DNA from: Eledone cirrhosa
Lineage: Eukaryota
Length of the DNA stretch: 64,000 nucleotides
NCBI GenBank assembly: GCA_964016885.1
Contig: OZ024744.1
Span: 18,538,001-18,602,000 of the forward strand
Direction of reading: 5' to 3'
The notes beneath the pieces are model-generated. The model had not been told where the DNA came from, made no database searches, and was given only the letters and a program-made list of their open reading frames with translations. Every line of letters begins with the position of its first letter. Positions within the stretch are counted from its first letter, which is position 1. Made by a program: the position numbers and the translations under genes. Positions 11,801 through 26,000 of the stretch are shown here, piece by piece.

Positions 11801-14681
11801 GTGTATGTCACTGGGTGTTTCTGTATGCCTGTGTCACTGTATGACACTGTGTGTTTCTGTATGTATGTATCACTGTGTATGTCACTGTGTGTTTCTGTAT
11901 GTCTGTGTCACTATGTAAGTCATTGTATCTTTGTGTATGTCTGTGTCACTCTGTATGTCGTTGTGTGTTTCTGTATGTATGTGTCTCTGTGTGTGTCACT
12001 GTATATTTGTGTATGTATGTGTCACTGTGTATGTCACTGTGAGTTTATGTATGTCTGTGTCACTGTGTATGTCACTGTATGTCTATGTATATCTGTGTCA
12101 CTGTCTATGTCACTGTATCTTTGTGTATGTCTGTATCACTGTGTATGTCACTGTGTGTTTATGTATGTCTGTGTCTCTGTGTATGTCACTGTATCTTTGC
12201 GTATGTCTGCGTCACTGTGTATGTCACTGTGTATGTCACTGTGTGTTTCTGTATGTCTGTGTCACTGTGTATGTCACTGTATCTTTGTGTATGTCTATGC
12301 CACTGTGTATGTCACTGTATGTTTCTGTATGTATGTTTCACTGTGTATGTCACTAAATGTTTGTGTGTGTCTGTGTCTCTGTGTATGTCACTGTGTGTTT
12401 GCGTGTGTCTGTGCCACTGTGTATGTCACTGTGTGTTTCTGTATGTCTGTGTGTCTGTGTGACTGTGTATGTCACTGTTTCTTTGTGTATGTCTGTGTCA
12501 CTGTGTGTGTTTCTGTATGTCTGTGTCACTATGTATGTCATTGCATCTTTGTGTATGTCTGTGTCACTCTGTATGTCACTGTGTGTTTCTGTATGTCTGT
12601 GTCACTGTGTACGTCACTGTGTGTTTCTGTATGTCTGTGTCACTGTATATGTCACTGTATCTTTGTGTATGCCTGTGTCACTGTCTATGTCACTGTATGT
12701 TTCTGTATGTCTGTTTCACTGTGTATGTCACTGTATATTTGTTTATGTCTGTGTCACTCTGTATGTCACTGTGTGTTTCTGTATGTCTGTGTCACTATGT
12801 ATGCCACTGTATGTTTGTGTTGTCTGTGTCATTGTGTATGTCACTTGGTGTTTCTGTATGTCTGTGTCACTGTGTATGACACTGTGTCTTTCTGTATGTA
12901 TGTATCACTGTGTATGTCACTGTGTGTATCTGTATGTCTGTGTCACTGTGTAAGTCATTGTATCTTTGTGTATGTCTGTGGCACTCTGTATGTCGTTGTG
13001 TGTTTCTGTATGTATGTGTCTCTGTGTATGTCACTGTATATTCGTGTATGTATGTGTCACTGTGTATGTCACTGTGAGTTTCTCTATGTCTGTGTCACTG
13101 TGTATGTCACTGTATGTCTCTGTATGTCTGTGTCACTGTCTATGTCACTGTATTTTTGTGTATGTCTGTGTCACTGTGTATGTCACAGTGTGTTTATGTA
13201 TTTCTGTGTCTCTGTGTATGCCACTGTATCTTTGTGTATGTCTGCGTCACTGTGTATGTCAGTGTGTGTTTCTGTATGTCTGTGTCACTGTGTATGTCAC
13301 AATGTGTTTCTGTATATATGTGTCTCTGTGTATGTCACTGTATCTTTGTGTGTGTCTGTGTCACTGTATGTTTCTGTATGTCTGTGTCACTGTGTATGTC
13401 ACCGTATGTGTGTGTATGTCTGTGTCACGGTGTATGTCACTGTATCTTTGTGTATGCCTGTGTCACTGTGTATGTCACTGTGTGTTTCTGTATGTCTGTG
13501 TCACTGTGTATGTCACTGTATGTTTGTGTGTCTGTGTCACTGTGTATGTCAATGTCTCTGTGTGTTTCTGTATGTCTGTGTCTCTGTGTATGTCACTGTA
13601 TCTTTGTGTATGTATGTGTCACTGTGTATGTCACTCTGTGTTTCTGTATGTCTGTGTCACTGTGTATGTCACTGTATGTTTGTGTGTCTGTGTCACTGTG
13701 TATGTCAATGTCTCTGTGTGTTTCTGTATGTCTGTGTCTCTGTGTATGTCACTGTATCTTTGTGTATGTTTGGGTCACTGTGTATGTCACTGTATATTTG
13801 TGTATGTCTGTGTCACGGTGTATATCACTGTATGTTTTTGTATGTCTGTGTCACTGTGTATGTCACTGTATGTTTCTGTATGTCTGTGTCACTGTGTATA
13901 TCAATGTGTGTTTCTGTATCTCTGTGTCACGGTGTATGTCACTGCATGTTCGTGTATGTCTGTGTGACTGTGTATGTCACTGTGTGTTTCTGTATGGCTG
14001 TGTCACTGTGTATGTCACTGTATCTTTGTGTATGTCTGTGTCACTGTGTATGTCACAGTGTGTTTCTGTATGTCTGTGTCACTGTCTATGTCACTGTATG
14101 TTTCTGAATGTCTGTGTCACTGTGTATGTCACTGTGTGTTTCTGTATGTCTGTGTCACGGTGTATGTCACTGTATGTTTGTGTGTGACCGTGTCACTGTG
14201 TATGTCACTGTGTGTTTGTGTATGTCTGTGCCACTGTATGTTTCTGTATGTCTGTGTCACTGTGTATGTCACTGTGTGTTTCTGTATGTCTGTGTCACTG
14301 TGTATGTCATTGTATCTTTGTGTATGTCTGTGTCACTGTGTATGTCACTGTATGTTTCTGTAAGTTTGTGTCACTGTGTATGTCACTGTGTGTTTCTGTA
14401 TGTCTGTGTCTCTGTGTATGTCACTGTATGTTTATGTATGTCTGTGTCACTGTGTATGTCACTGTATGTTTCTGTATGTCTGTGTCACTGTGTATGTCAC
14501 TGTATGTTTCTTTATGTCTGTGTCACTGTGTATGTCACTGTATGTTTCTGTATGTCTGTGTCACTGTGTATGTCACTGTATCTTTGTGTATGTCTGTGTC
14601 CCTGTGTATGTCACTGTATGTTTCTGTATGTTTGTGTCACTGTGTATGTCACTGTGTGTTTCTGTATGTCTGTGTCACTGT
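5860..14681 (+). repeat. Duplication 1, copy B (inferred 8822-bp unit)
   Basis: 8785-14681 matches 1-5859 with one extra monomer near 10500 and a few substitutions (e.g. TTCGGT ~10312, TATCGTTG ~10573). The left boundary is inferred from the register jump at 5860. Confidence 0.85.
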
Positions 14682-17600
14682 GTATGTCACTGTGTGTTTC
14701 TGTATGTCTGTGTGACTGTGTATGTACTGTGTGTTTGTGTATGTCTTTGTCACTGTATGTTTCTGTATGTCTGTGTCACTGTGTATGTCACTGTGTGTTT
14801 CTGTATGTATGTGTCACCGTGTATGTCACTGTATCTTTGTGTATGCCTGTATCACTGTGTATGTCACTGTGTGTTTCTGTATGTTTGTGTCACTGTGTAT
14901 GTCACTAAATGTTTGTGTGTGTCTGTGTCTCTGTGTATGTCACTGTGTGTTTGCGTGTGTCTGTGTCACTGTGTATGTCACTGTGTGTTTCTGTATGTCT
15001 GTGTGACTGTGTATGTCACTGTTTGTTTGTGTATGTCTGTGTCACTGTGTGTGTTTATGTATGTCTGTGTCACTGTGTATGTCATTGCATCTTTGTGTAT
15101 GTCTGTCTCACTCTGTATGTCACTGTGTGTTTCTGCATGTCTGTGTCACTGTGTATGTCACTGTGTGTTTCTGTATGTCTGTGTCACGGTGTATGTCACT
15201 GTATGTTTGTGTATGACTGTGTCACTGTGTATGTCACTGTGTGTTTGTGTATGTCTGTGTCACTGTATGTTTCTGTATGTCTGTGTCACTGTGTATGTCA
15301 CTGTGTGTTTCTGTATGTCTGTGTCACTGTGTATGTCATTGTATCTTTGTGTATGTCTGTGTCACTGTGTATGTCACTGTATGTTTCTGTAAGATTGTGT
15401 CACTGTGTATGTCACTGTGTGTTTCTGTATGTCTGTGTCTCTGTGTATGTCACTGTATGTTTCTGTATGTCTGTTTCACTGTGTATGTCACTGTGTCTTT
15501 ATGTATGTCTGTGTCACTCTGTATGTCACTGTATATTTCTGTATGTCTGTGTCACTGTGTATATCACTGTATGTTTCTGTATGTCTGTGTCACTGTGTAT
15601 GTCACTGTGTGTTTCTGTATGACTGTGTCACTGTGTATGTCACTGTATCTTTGTGTATGTCTGTGTCACTGTGTATGTCACAGTGTGTTTCTGTATGTCT
15701 GTGTCACTGTCTATGTCACTGTATGTTTCTGAATGTCTGTGTCAGTGTGTATGTCACTGTGTGTTTGTGTATGTCTGTGTCACTGTATGTTTCTGTATGT
15801 CTGTGTCACTGTGTATGTCACTGTGTGTTTCTGTATGTCTGTGTCACTGTGTATGTCACTGTGTGTTTCTGTATGTTTGTGTCACTGTGTATGTCACTAA
15901 ATGTTTGTGTGTGTCTGTGTCTCTGTGTATGTCACTGTTTGTTTGCGTGTGTCTGTGTCACTGTGTATGTCACTGTGCGTTTCTGTATGTCTTTGTGACT
16001 GTCTATGTCACTGTGTGTTTCTGTATGTTTGTGTCACTGTGTATGTCACTAAATGTTTGTGTGTGTCTGTGTCTCTGTGTATGTCACTGTTTGTTTGCGT
16101 TTGTCTGTGTCACTGTGTATGTCACTGTATGTTTCTGTATGTCTGTGTCACTTTGTATGTCACTGTGTGTTTCTGTATGTATGTGTCACCGTGTATGTCA
16201 CTGTATCTTTGTGTATGCCTGTGTCACTGTGTATGTCACTGTGTGTTTCTGTATGTTTGTGTCACTGTGTATGTCACTAAATGTTTGTGTGTGTCTGTGT
16301 CACTGTGTATGTCACTGTGTGTTTCTGTATGTCTGTGTGACTGTGTATGTCACTGTTTGTTTGTGTATGTCTGTGTCACTGTGTGTGTTTCTGTATGTCT
16401 GTGTCACTGTGTATGTCATTGCATATTTGTGTATGTCTGTCTCACTGTGTATGTCACTGTGTGTTTCTGCATGTCTGTGTCACTGTGTATGTCACTGTGT
16501 GTTTCTGTATGTCTGTGTCACTGTGTATATCACTGTATGTTTCTGTATGTCTCTTTCACTGTGTATATCACTGTGTGTTTCTGTATGTCTGTGTCACTGT
16601 ATATGTCACTGTATCTTTGTGTATGCCTGTGTCACTGTCTATGTCACTGTATGTTTCTGTATGTCTGTTTCACTGTGTATGTCACTGTATATTTGTGTAT
16701 GTCTGTGTCACTCTGTATGTCACTGTGTGTTTCTGTATGTCTGTGTCACTATGTATGCCACTGTATATTTGTGCTGTCTGTGTCATTGTGTATGTCACTG
16801 GGTGTTTATGTATGTCTGTGTCACTGTGTATGACACTGTGTCTTTCTGTATGTATGTATCACTGTGTATGTCACTGTGTGTATCTGTATGTCGGTGTCAC
16901 TGTGTAAGTCATTGTATCTTTGTGTATGTCTGTGGCACTCTGTATGTTGTTGTGTGTTTCTGTATGTATGTGTCTCTGTGTATGTCACTGTATATTTGTG
17001 TATGTATGTGTCACTGTGTATGTCACTGTGAGTTTCTCTATGTCTGTGTCACTGTGTATGTCACTGTATGTCTCTGTATGTCTGTGTCACTGTCTATGTC
17101 ACTGTATCTTTGTGTATGTCTGTGTCACTGTGTATGTCACTGTGTGTTTATGTATGTCTGTGTCACTGTGTATGTCACAGTTTGTTTCTGTATATATGTG
17201 TCTCTGTGAATGTCACTGTAGTTTTGTGTATGTCTGTGTCACTGTGTGTTTCTGTATGTCTGTGTCACTGTGTATGTCACTGTATGTTTCTGTATGTCTG
17301 TGTCACTGTGTATGTCACTGTTTGTTTCTGTATGTATGTGTCACTGTGTATGTCACCGTGTGTGTGTGTATGTCTGTGTCACGGTGTATGTCACTGTATC
17401 TTAGTGTATGCCTGTGTCACTGTGTATGTCACTGTGAGTTTCTGTATGTCTGTGTCTCTGTGTATGTCACTGTATCTTTGTGCATGTATGTGTCACTGTG
17501 TATGTCACTGTATGTTTCTGTATGTCTGTGTCACTGTGTATATCACTGTGTGTTTCTGTATATCTGTGTCTCTGTGTATGTCACTGTATCTTTGTGTATG

Positions 17601-20600
17601 TCTGGGTCACTGTGTATGTCACTGTATATTTGTGTATGTCTGTGTCACGGTGTATATCACTGTATGTTTGTGTATGTCTGTGTCACTGTGTATGTCACTG
17701 TGTGTTTCTGTATGTCTGTGTCACTGTGTATATCAATGTGTGTTTCTGTATCTCTGTGTCACGGTGTATGTCACTGCATGTTTGTGTATGTCTGTGTGAC
17801 TGTGTATGTCACTGTGTGTTTCTGTATGGCTGTGTCACTGTGTATGTCACTGTATCTTTGTGTATGTCTGTGTCACTGTGTATGTCACAGTGTGTTTCTG
17901 TATGTCTGTGTCACTGTATATGTCACTGTATGTTTCTGAATGTCTGTGTCACTGTGTATGTCACTGTGTGTTTCTGTATGTCTGTGTCACGGTGTATGTC
18001 ACTGTATGTTTGTGTGTGACTCTGTCACTGTGTGTTTGTGTATGTCTGTGTCACTGTAAGTTTCTGTATGTCTGTGTCACTGTGTATGTCACTGTGTGTT
18101 TCTGGATGTCTGTGTCACTGTGTATGTCATTGTATCTTTGTGTATGTCTGTGTCACTGTGTATGTCACTGTATGTTTCTGTAAGTTTGTGTCACTGTGTA
18201 TGTCAGTCACTGTGTGTTTCTGTATGTCTGTGTCTCTGTGTATGTCACTGTATGTTTCTGTATGTCTGTTTCACTGTGTATGTCACTGTGTCTTTATGTA
18301 TGTCTGTGTCACTCTGTATGTCACTGTATATTTCTGTATGTCTGTGTCACTGTGTATATCACTGTATCTTTCTGTATGTCTGTGTCACTGTGTATGTCAC
18401 AGTGTGTTTGTGTATGTCTGTGTCACTGTCTATGTCACTGTATGTTTCTGAATGTCTGTGTCACTGTGTATGTCACTGTGTGTTTGTGTATGTCTGTGTC
18501 ACTGTATGTTTATGTATGTCTGTGTCACTGTGTATGTCACTGTATGCTTCTGTATGTCTGTGTCACTGTGTAAGTCATTGTATCTTTGTGTATGTCACTG
18601 TATGTTTCTGTATGTTTGTGTCACTGTGTATGTCACTGTGTGTTTCTGTATGTCTGTGTCACTGTGTATGTCACTGTGTGTTTCTGTATGTTTGTGTCAC
18701 TGTGTATGTCACTAAATGTTTGTGTGTGTCTGTGTCTCTGTGTATGTCACTGTTTGTTTGCGTGTGTCTGTGTCACTGTGTATGTCACTGTGTGTTTCTG
18801 TATGTCTGTGTGACTGTCTATGTCACTGTGTGTTTCTGTATGTTTGTGTCACTGTGTATGTCACTAAATGTTTGTGTGTGTCTGTGTCTCTGTGTATGTC
18901 ACTGTTTGTTTGCGTGTGTCTGTGTCACTGTGTATGTCACTGTATGTTTCTGTATGTCTGTGTCACTTTGTATGTCACTGTGTGTTTCTGTATGTATGTG
19001 TCACCGTGTATGTCACTGTATCTTTGTGTATGCCTGTGTCACTGTGTATGTCACTGTGTGTTTCTGTATGTCTGTGTCACTGTGTATGTCACTGTGTGTT
19101 TCTGTATGTCTGTGTGACTGTGTATGTCACTGTTTGTTTGTGTATGTCTGTGTCACTGTGTGTGTTTCTGTATGTATGTGTCACTGTGTATGTCATTGCA
19201 TCTTTGTGTATGTCTGTCTCACTGTGTATGTCACTGTGTGTTTCTGCATGTCTGTGTCACTGTGTATGTCACTGTGTGTTTCTGTATGTCTGTGTCACTG
19301 TGTATCTCACTGTATGTTTCTGTATGTCTCTTTCACTGTGTATGTCACTGTATATTTGTGTATGTCTGTGTCACTCTGTATGTCACTGTGTGTTTCTGTA
19401 TGTCTGTGTCACTATGTATGCCACTGTATATTTGTGTTGTCTGTGTCATTGTGTATGTCACTGGGTGTTTCTGTATGTCTGTGTCACTGTGTATGACACT
19501 GTGTCTTTCTGTATGTATGTATCACTGTGTATGTCACTGTGTGTATCTGTATGTCGGTGTCACTGTGTAAGTCATTGTATCTTTGTGTATGTCTGTGGAA
19601 CTCTGTATGTCGTTGTGTGTTTCTGTATGTATGTGTCTCTGTGTATGTCACTGTATATTTGTGTATGTATGTGTCACTGTGTATGTCACTGTGAGTTTCT
19701 CTATGTCTGTGTCACTGTGTATGTCACTGTATGTCTCTGTATGTCTGTGTCACTGTCTATGTCACTGTATCTTTGTGTATGTCTGTGTCACTGTGTATGT
19801 CACTGTGTGTTTCTGTATGTCTGTGTCACTGTGTATGTCACAGTTTGTTTCTGTATATATGTGTCTCTGTGTATGTCACTGTAGTTTTGTGTATGTCTGT
19901 GTCACTGTGTGTTTCTGTATGTATGTGTCACTGTGTATGTCACTGTATGTTTCTGTATGTCTGTGTCACTGTGTATGTCACTGTTTGTTTCTGTATGTAT
20001 GTGTCACTGTGTATGTCACCGTATGTGTGTGTATGTCTGTGTCACGGTGTATGTCACTGTATCTTAGTGTATGCCTGTGTCACTGTGTATGTCACTGTGA
20101 GTTTCTGTATGTCTGTGTCTCTGTGTATGTCACTGTATCTTTGTGCATGTATGTGTCACTGTGTATGTCACTGTATGTTTCTGTATGTCTGTGTCACTGT
20201 GTATATCACTGTGTGTTTCTGTATATCTGTGTCTCTGTGTATGTCACTGTATCTTTGTGTATGTCTGGGTCACTGTGTATGTCACTGTATATTTGTGTAT
20301 GTCTGTGACACGGTGTATATCACTGTATGTTTGTGTATGTCTGTGTCACTGTGTATGTCACTGTGTGTTTCTGTATGTCTGTGTCACTGTGTATATCAAT
20401 GTGTGTTTCTGTATCTCTGTGTCACGGTGTATGTCATTGCATGTTTGTGTATGTCTGTGTGACTGTGTATGTCACTGTGTGTTTCTGTATGGCTGTGTCA
20501 CTGTGTATGTCACTGTATCTTTGTGTATGTCTGTGTCACTGTGTATGTCACAGTGTGTTTCTGTATGTCTGTGTCACTGTCTATGTCACTGTATGTTTCT

Positions 20601-22076
20601 GAATGTCTGTGTCACTGTGTATGTCACTGTGTGTTTCTGTATGTCTGTGTCACGGTGTATGTCACTGTATGTTTGTGTGTGACTGTGTCACTGTGTATGT
20701 CACTGTGTGTTTGTGTATGTCTGTGTCACTGTAAGTTTCTGTATGTCTGTGTCACTGTGTATGTCACTGTGTGTTTCTGGATGTCTGTGTCACTGTGTAT
20801 GTCATTGTATCTTTGTGTATGTCTGTGTCACTGTGTATGTCACTGTATGTTTCTGTAAGTTTGTGTCACTGTGTATGTCACTGTGTGTTTCTGTATGTCT
20901 GTGTCTCTGTGTATGTCACTGTATGTTTCTGTATATCTGTTTCACTGTGTATGTCATTGTGTCTTTATGTATGTCTGTGTCACTCTGTATGTCACTGTAT
21001 ATTTCTGTATGTCTGTGTAACTGTGTATATCACTGTATGTTTCTGTATGTCTGTGTCACTGTGTATGTCACTGTGTGTTTCTGTATGGCTGTGTCACTGT
21101 GTATGTCACAGTGTGTTTCTGTATGTCTGTGTCACTGTCTATGTCACTGTATGTTTCTGAATGTCTGTGTCACTGTGTATGCCACTGTGTGTTTGTGTAT
21201 GTCTGTGTCACTGTATATTTCTGTATGTCTGTGTCACTGTGTATGTCACTGTGTGTTTCTGTATGTCTGTGTCACTGTGTATGTCATTGTATCTTTGTGT
21301 ATGTCTGTGTCACTGTGTATGTCACTGTATGTTTCTGTAAATTTGTGTCACTGTGTATGTCACTGTGTGTTTCTGTATGTCTGTGTCTCTGTGTATGTCA
21401 CTGTATGTTTCTGTATGTCTGTTTCACTGTGTATGTCACTGTGTCTCTATGTATGTCTGTGTCACTCTCTATGTCACTGTATATTTCTGTATGTCTGTGT
21501 CACTGTGTATATCACTGTATGTTTCTGTATGTCTGTGTCACTGTGTATGTCACTGTGTGTTTCTGTATGGCTGTGTCACTGTGTATGTCACAGTGTGTTT
21601 CTGTATGTCTGTGTCACTGTCTATGTCACAGTGTGTTTCTGTATGTCTGTGTCACTGTCTATGTCACTGTATGTTTCTGAATGTCTGTGTCAGTGTGTAT
21701 GTCACTGTGTGTTTGTGTATGTCTGTGTCACTGTATGTTTCTGTATGTCTGTGTCACTGTGTATGTCACTGTGTGTTTCTGTATGTCTGTGTCACTGTGT
21801 ATGACATTGTATCTTTGTGTATGTCTGTGTCACTGTGTATGTCACTGTATGTTTCTGTATGTTTGTGTCACTGTGTATGTCACTGTGTGTTTTTGTATGT
21901 TTGTGTCTCAGTGTATGTCACTGTATGTTTCTGTATGTCTGTTTCACTGTGTATGTCACTGTGTCTTTATGTATGTCTGTGTCACTCTGTATGTCACTGT
22001 ATATTTCTGTATGTCTGTGTCACTGTGTATGTCACTGTATGTTTCTGTATGTCTGTGTCACTGTGTATGTCACTGT
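14364..22076 (+). repeat. Duplication 2, copy A
   Basis: Offset 8697/8698 to 23061-30774 (ORFs 14909->23607, 15653->24351, 18096->26794, 21353->30051). Shared private variants: TAAGATTG 15390/24088, GTCAGTCAC 18202/26900, GGAACTC 19597/28295, GTAAATTT 21337/30035. Confidence 0.92.
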
Positions 22077-23060
22077 GTGTTTCTGTATGTCTGTGTCACT
22101 GTGTATATCAATGTGTGTTTCTGTATCTCTGTGTCACGGTGTATGTCACTGCATGTTTGTGTATGTCTGTGTGACTGTGTATGTCACTGTGTGTTTCTGT
22201 ATGGCTGTGTCACTGTGTATGTCACTGTATCTTTGTGTATGTCTGTGTCACTGTGTATGTCACTGTGTGTTTCTGTATGTCTGTGTCACTGTATATGTCA
22301 CTGTATGTTTCTGAATGTCTGTGTCACTGTGTATGTCACTGTGTGTTTCTGTATGTCTGTGTCACGGTGTATGTCACTGTATGTTTGTGTGTGACTCTGT
22401 CACTGTGTGTTTGTGTATGTCTGTGTCACTGTAAGTTTCTGTATGTCTGTGTCACTGTGTATGTCACTGTGTGTTTCTGGATGTCTGTGTCACTGTGTAT
22501 GTCATTGTATCTTTGTGTATGTCTGTGTCACTGTGTATGTCACTGTATGTTTCTGTAAGTTTGTGTCACTGTGTATGTCACTGTGTGTTTCTGTATGTCT
22601 GTGTCTCTGTGTATGTCACTGTATGTTTCTGTATGTCTGTTTCACTGTGTATGTCACTGTGTCTTTATGTATGTCTGTGTCACTCTGTATGTCACTGTAT
22701 ATTTCTGTATGTCTGTGTCACTGTGTATATCACTGTATGTTTCTGTATGTCTGTGTCACTGTGTATGTCACTGTGTGTTTCTGTATGGCTGTGTCACTGT
22801 GTATGTCACTGTATCTTTCTGTATGTCTGTGTCACTGTGTATGTCACAGTGTGTTTGTGTATGTCTGTGTCACTGTCTATGTCACTGTATGTTTCTGAAT
22901 GTCTGTGTCACTGTGTATGTCACTGTGTGTTTGTGTATGTCTGTGTCACTGTATGTTTCTGTATGTCTGTGTCACTGTGTATGTCACTGTATGCTTCTGT
23001 ATGTCTGTGTCACTGTGTAAGTCATTGTATCTTTGTGTATGTCACTGTATGTTTCTGTAT
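22077..23060 (+). repeat. ~985-bp intervening segment, a third copy of ~17702-18613
   Basis: ORF offsets 4375 (17806->22181) and 4447 (18452->22899). Shares GTGACTCTGTCAC (~18016/22391/26714) and the short monomer GTAAGTCATTGTATCTTTGTGTATGTCACTG (~18570/23017/27268). Confidence 0.8.
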
Positions 23061-26000
23061 GTTTGTGTCACTGTGTATGTCACTGTGTGTTTCTGTATGT
23101 CTGTGTCTCTGTGTATGTCACTGTATGTTTCTGTATGTCTGTGTCACTGTGTATGTCACTGTATGTTTCTGTATGTCTGTGTCACTGTGTATGTCACTGT
23201 ATGTTTCTTTATGTCTGTGTCACTGTGTATGTCACTGTATGTTTCTGTATGTCTGTGTCACTGTGTATGTCACTGTATCTTTGTGTATGTCTGTGTCCCT
23301 GTGTATGTCACTGTATGTTTCTGTATGTTTGTGTCACTGTGTATGTCACTGTGTGTTTCTGTATGTCTGTGTCACTGTGTATGTCACTGTGTGTTTCTGT
23401 ATGTCTGTGTGACTGTGTATGTCACTGTGTGTTTGTGTATGTCTGTGTCACTGTATGTTTCTGTATGTCTGTGTCACTGTGTATGTCACTGTGTGTTTCT
23501 GTATGTATGTGTCACCGTGTATGTCACTGTATCTTTGTGTATGCCTGTATCACTGTGTATGTCACTGTGTGTTTCTGTATGTTTGTGTCACTGTGTATGT
23601 CACTAAATGTTTGTGTGTGTCTGTGTCTCTGTGTATGTCACTGTGTGTTTGCGTGTGTCTGTGTCACTGTGTATGTCACTGTGTGTTTCTGTATGTCTGT
23701 GTGACTGTGTATGTCACTGTTTGTTTGTGTATGTCTGTGTCACTGTGTGTGTTTATGTATGTCTGTGTCACTGTGTATGTCATTGCATCTTTGTGTATGT
23801 CTGTCTCACTCTGTATGTCACTGTGTGTTTCTGCATGTATGTGTCACTGTGTATGTCACTGTGTGTTTCTGTATGTCTGTGTCACGGTGTATGTCACTGT
23901 ATGTTTGTGTATGACTGTGTCACTGTGTATGTCACTATGTGTTTGTGTATGTCTGTGTCACTGTATGTTTCTGTATGTCTGTGTCACTGTGTATGTCACT
24001 GTGTGTTTCTGTATGTCTGTGTCACTGTGTATGTCATTGTATCTTTGTGTATGTCTGTGTCACTGTGTATGTCACTGTATGTTTCTGTAAGATTGTGTCA
24101 CTGTGTATGTCACTGTGTGTTTCTGTATGTCTGTGTCTCTGTGTATGTCACTGTATGTTTCTGTATGTCTGTTTCACTGTGTATGTCACTGTGTCTTTAT
24201 GTATGTCTGTGTCACTCTGTATGTCACTGTATATTTCTGTATGTCTGTGTCACTGTGTATATCACTGTATGTTTCTGTATGTCTGTGTCACTGTGTATGT
24301 CACTGTGTGTTTCTGTATGACTGTGTCACTGTGTATGTCACTGTATCTTTGTGTATGTCTGTGTCACTGTGTATGTCACAGTGTGTTTCTGTATGTCTGT
24401 GTCACTGTCTATGTCACTGTATGTTTCTGAATGTCTGTGTCAGTGTGTATGTCACTGTGTGTTTGTGTATGTCTGTGTCACTGTATGTTTCTGTATGTCT
24501 GTGTCACTGTGTATGTCACTGTGTGTTTCTGTATGTCTGTGTCACTGTGTATGTCACTGTGTGTTTCTGTATGTTTGTGTCACTGTGTATGTCACTAAAT
24601 GTTTGTGTGTGTCTGTGTCTCTGTGTATGTCACTGTTTGTTTGCGTGTGTCTGTGTCACTGTGTATGTCACTGTGCGTTTCTGTATGTCTGTGTGACTGT
24701 CTATGTCACTGTGTGTTTCTGTATGTTTGTGTCACTGTGTATGTCACTAAATGTTTGTGTGTGTCTGTGTCTCTGTGTATGTCACTGTTTGTTTGCGTTT
24801 GTCTGTGTCACTGTGTATGTCACTGTATGTTTCTGTATGTCTGTGTCACTTTGTATGTCACTGTGTGTTTCTGTATGTATGTGTCACCGTGTATGTCACT
24901 GTATCTTTGTGTATGCCTGTGTCACTGTGTATGTCACTGTGTGTTTCTGTATGTTTGTGTCACTGTGTATGTCACTAAATGTTTGTGTGTGTCTGTGTCA
25001 CTGTGTATGTCACTGTGTGTTTCTGTATGTCTGTGTGACTGTGTATGTCACTGTTTGTTTGTGTATGTCTGTGTCACTGTGTGTGTTTCTGTATGTCTGT
25101 GTCACTGTGTATGTCATTGCATATTTGTGTATGTCTGTCTCACTGTGTATGTCACTGTGTGTTTCTGCATGTCTGTGTCACTGTGTATGTCACTGTGTGT
25201 TTCTGTATGTCTGTGTCACTGTGTATATCACTGTATGTTTCTGTATGTCTCTTTCACTGTGTATATCACTGTGTGTTTCTGTATGTCTGTGTCACTGTAT
25301 ATGTCACTGTATCTTTGTGTATGCCTGTGTCACTGTCTATGTCACTGTATGTTTCTGTATGTCTGTTTCACTGTGTATGTCACTGTATATTTGTGTATGT
25401 CTGTGTCACTCTGTATGTCACTGTGTGTTTCTGTATGTCTGTGTCACTATGTATGCCACTGTATATTTGTGCTGTCTGTGTCATTGTGTATGTCACTGGG
25501 TGTTTATGTATGTCTGTGTCACTGTGTATGACACTGTGTCTTTCTGTATGTATGTATCACTGTGTATGTCACTGTGTGTATCTGTATGTCGGTGTCACTG
25601 TGTAAGTCATTGTATCTTTGTGTATGTCTGTGGCACTCTGTATGTTGTTGTGTGTTTCTGTATGTATGTGTCTCTGTGTATGTCACTGTATATTTGTGTA
25701 TGTATGTGTCACTGTGTATGTCACTGTGAGTTTCTCTATGTCTGTGTCACTGTGTATGTCACTGTATGTCTCTGTATGTCTGTGTCACTGTCTATGTCAC
25801 TGTATCTTTGTGTATGTCTGTGTCACTGTGTATGTCACTGTGTGTTTATGTATGTCTGTGTCACTGTGTATGTCACAGTTTGTTTCTGTATATATGTGTC
25901 TCTGTGAATGTCACTGTAGTTTTGTGTATGTCTGTGTCACTGTGTGTTTCTGTATGTCTGTGTCACTGTGTATGTCACTGTATGTTTCTGTATGTCTGTG

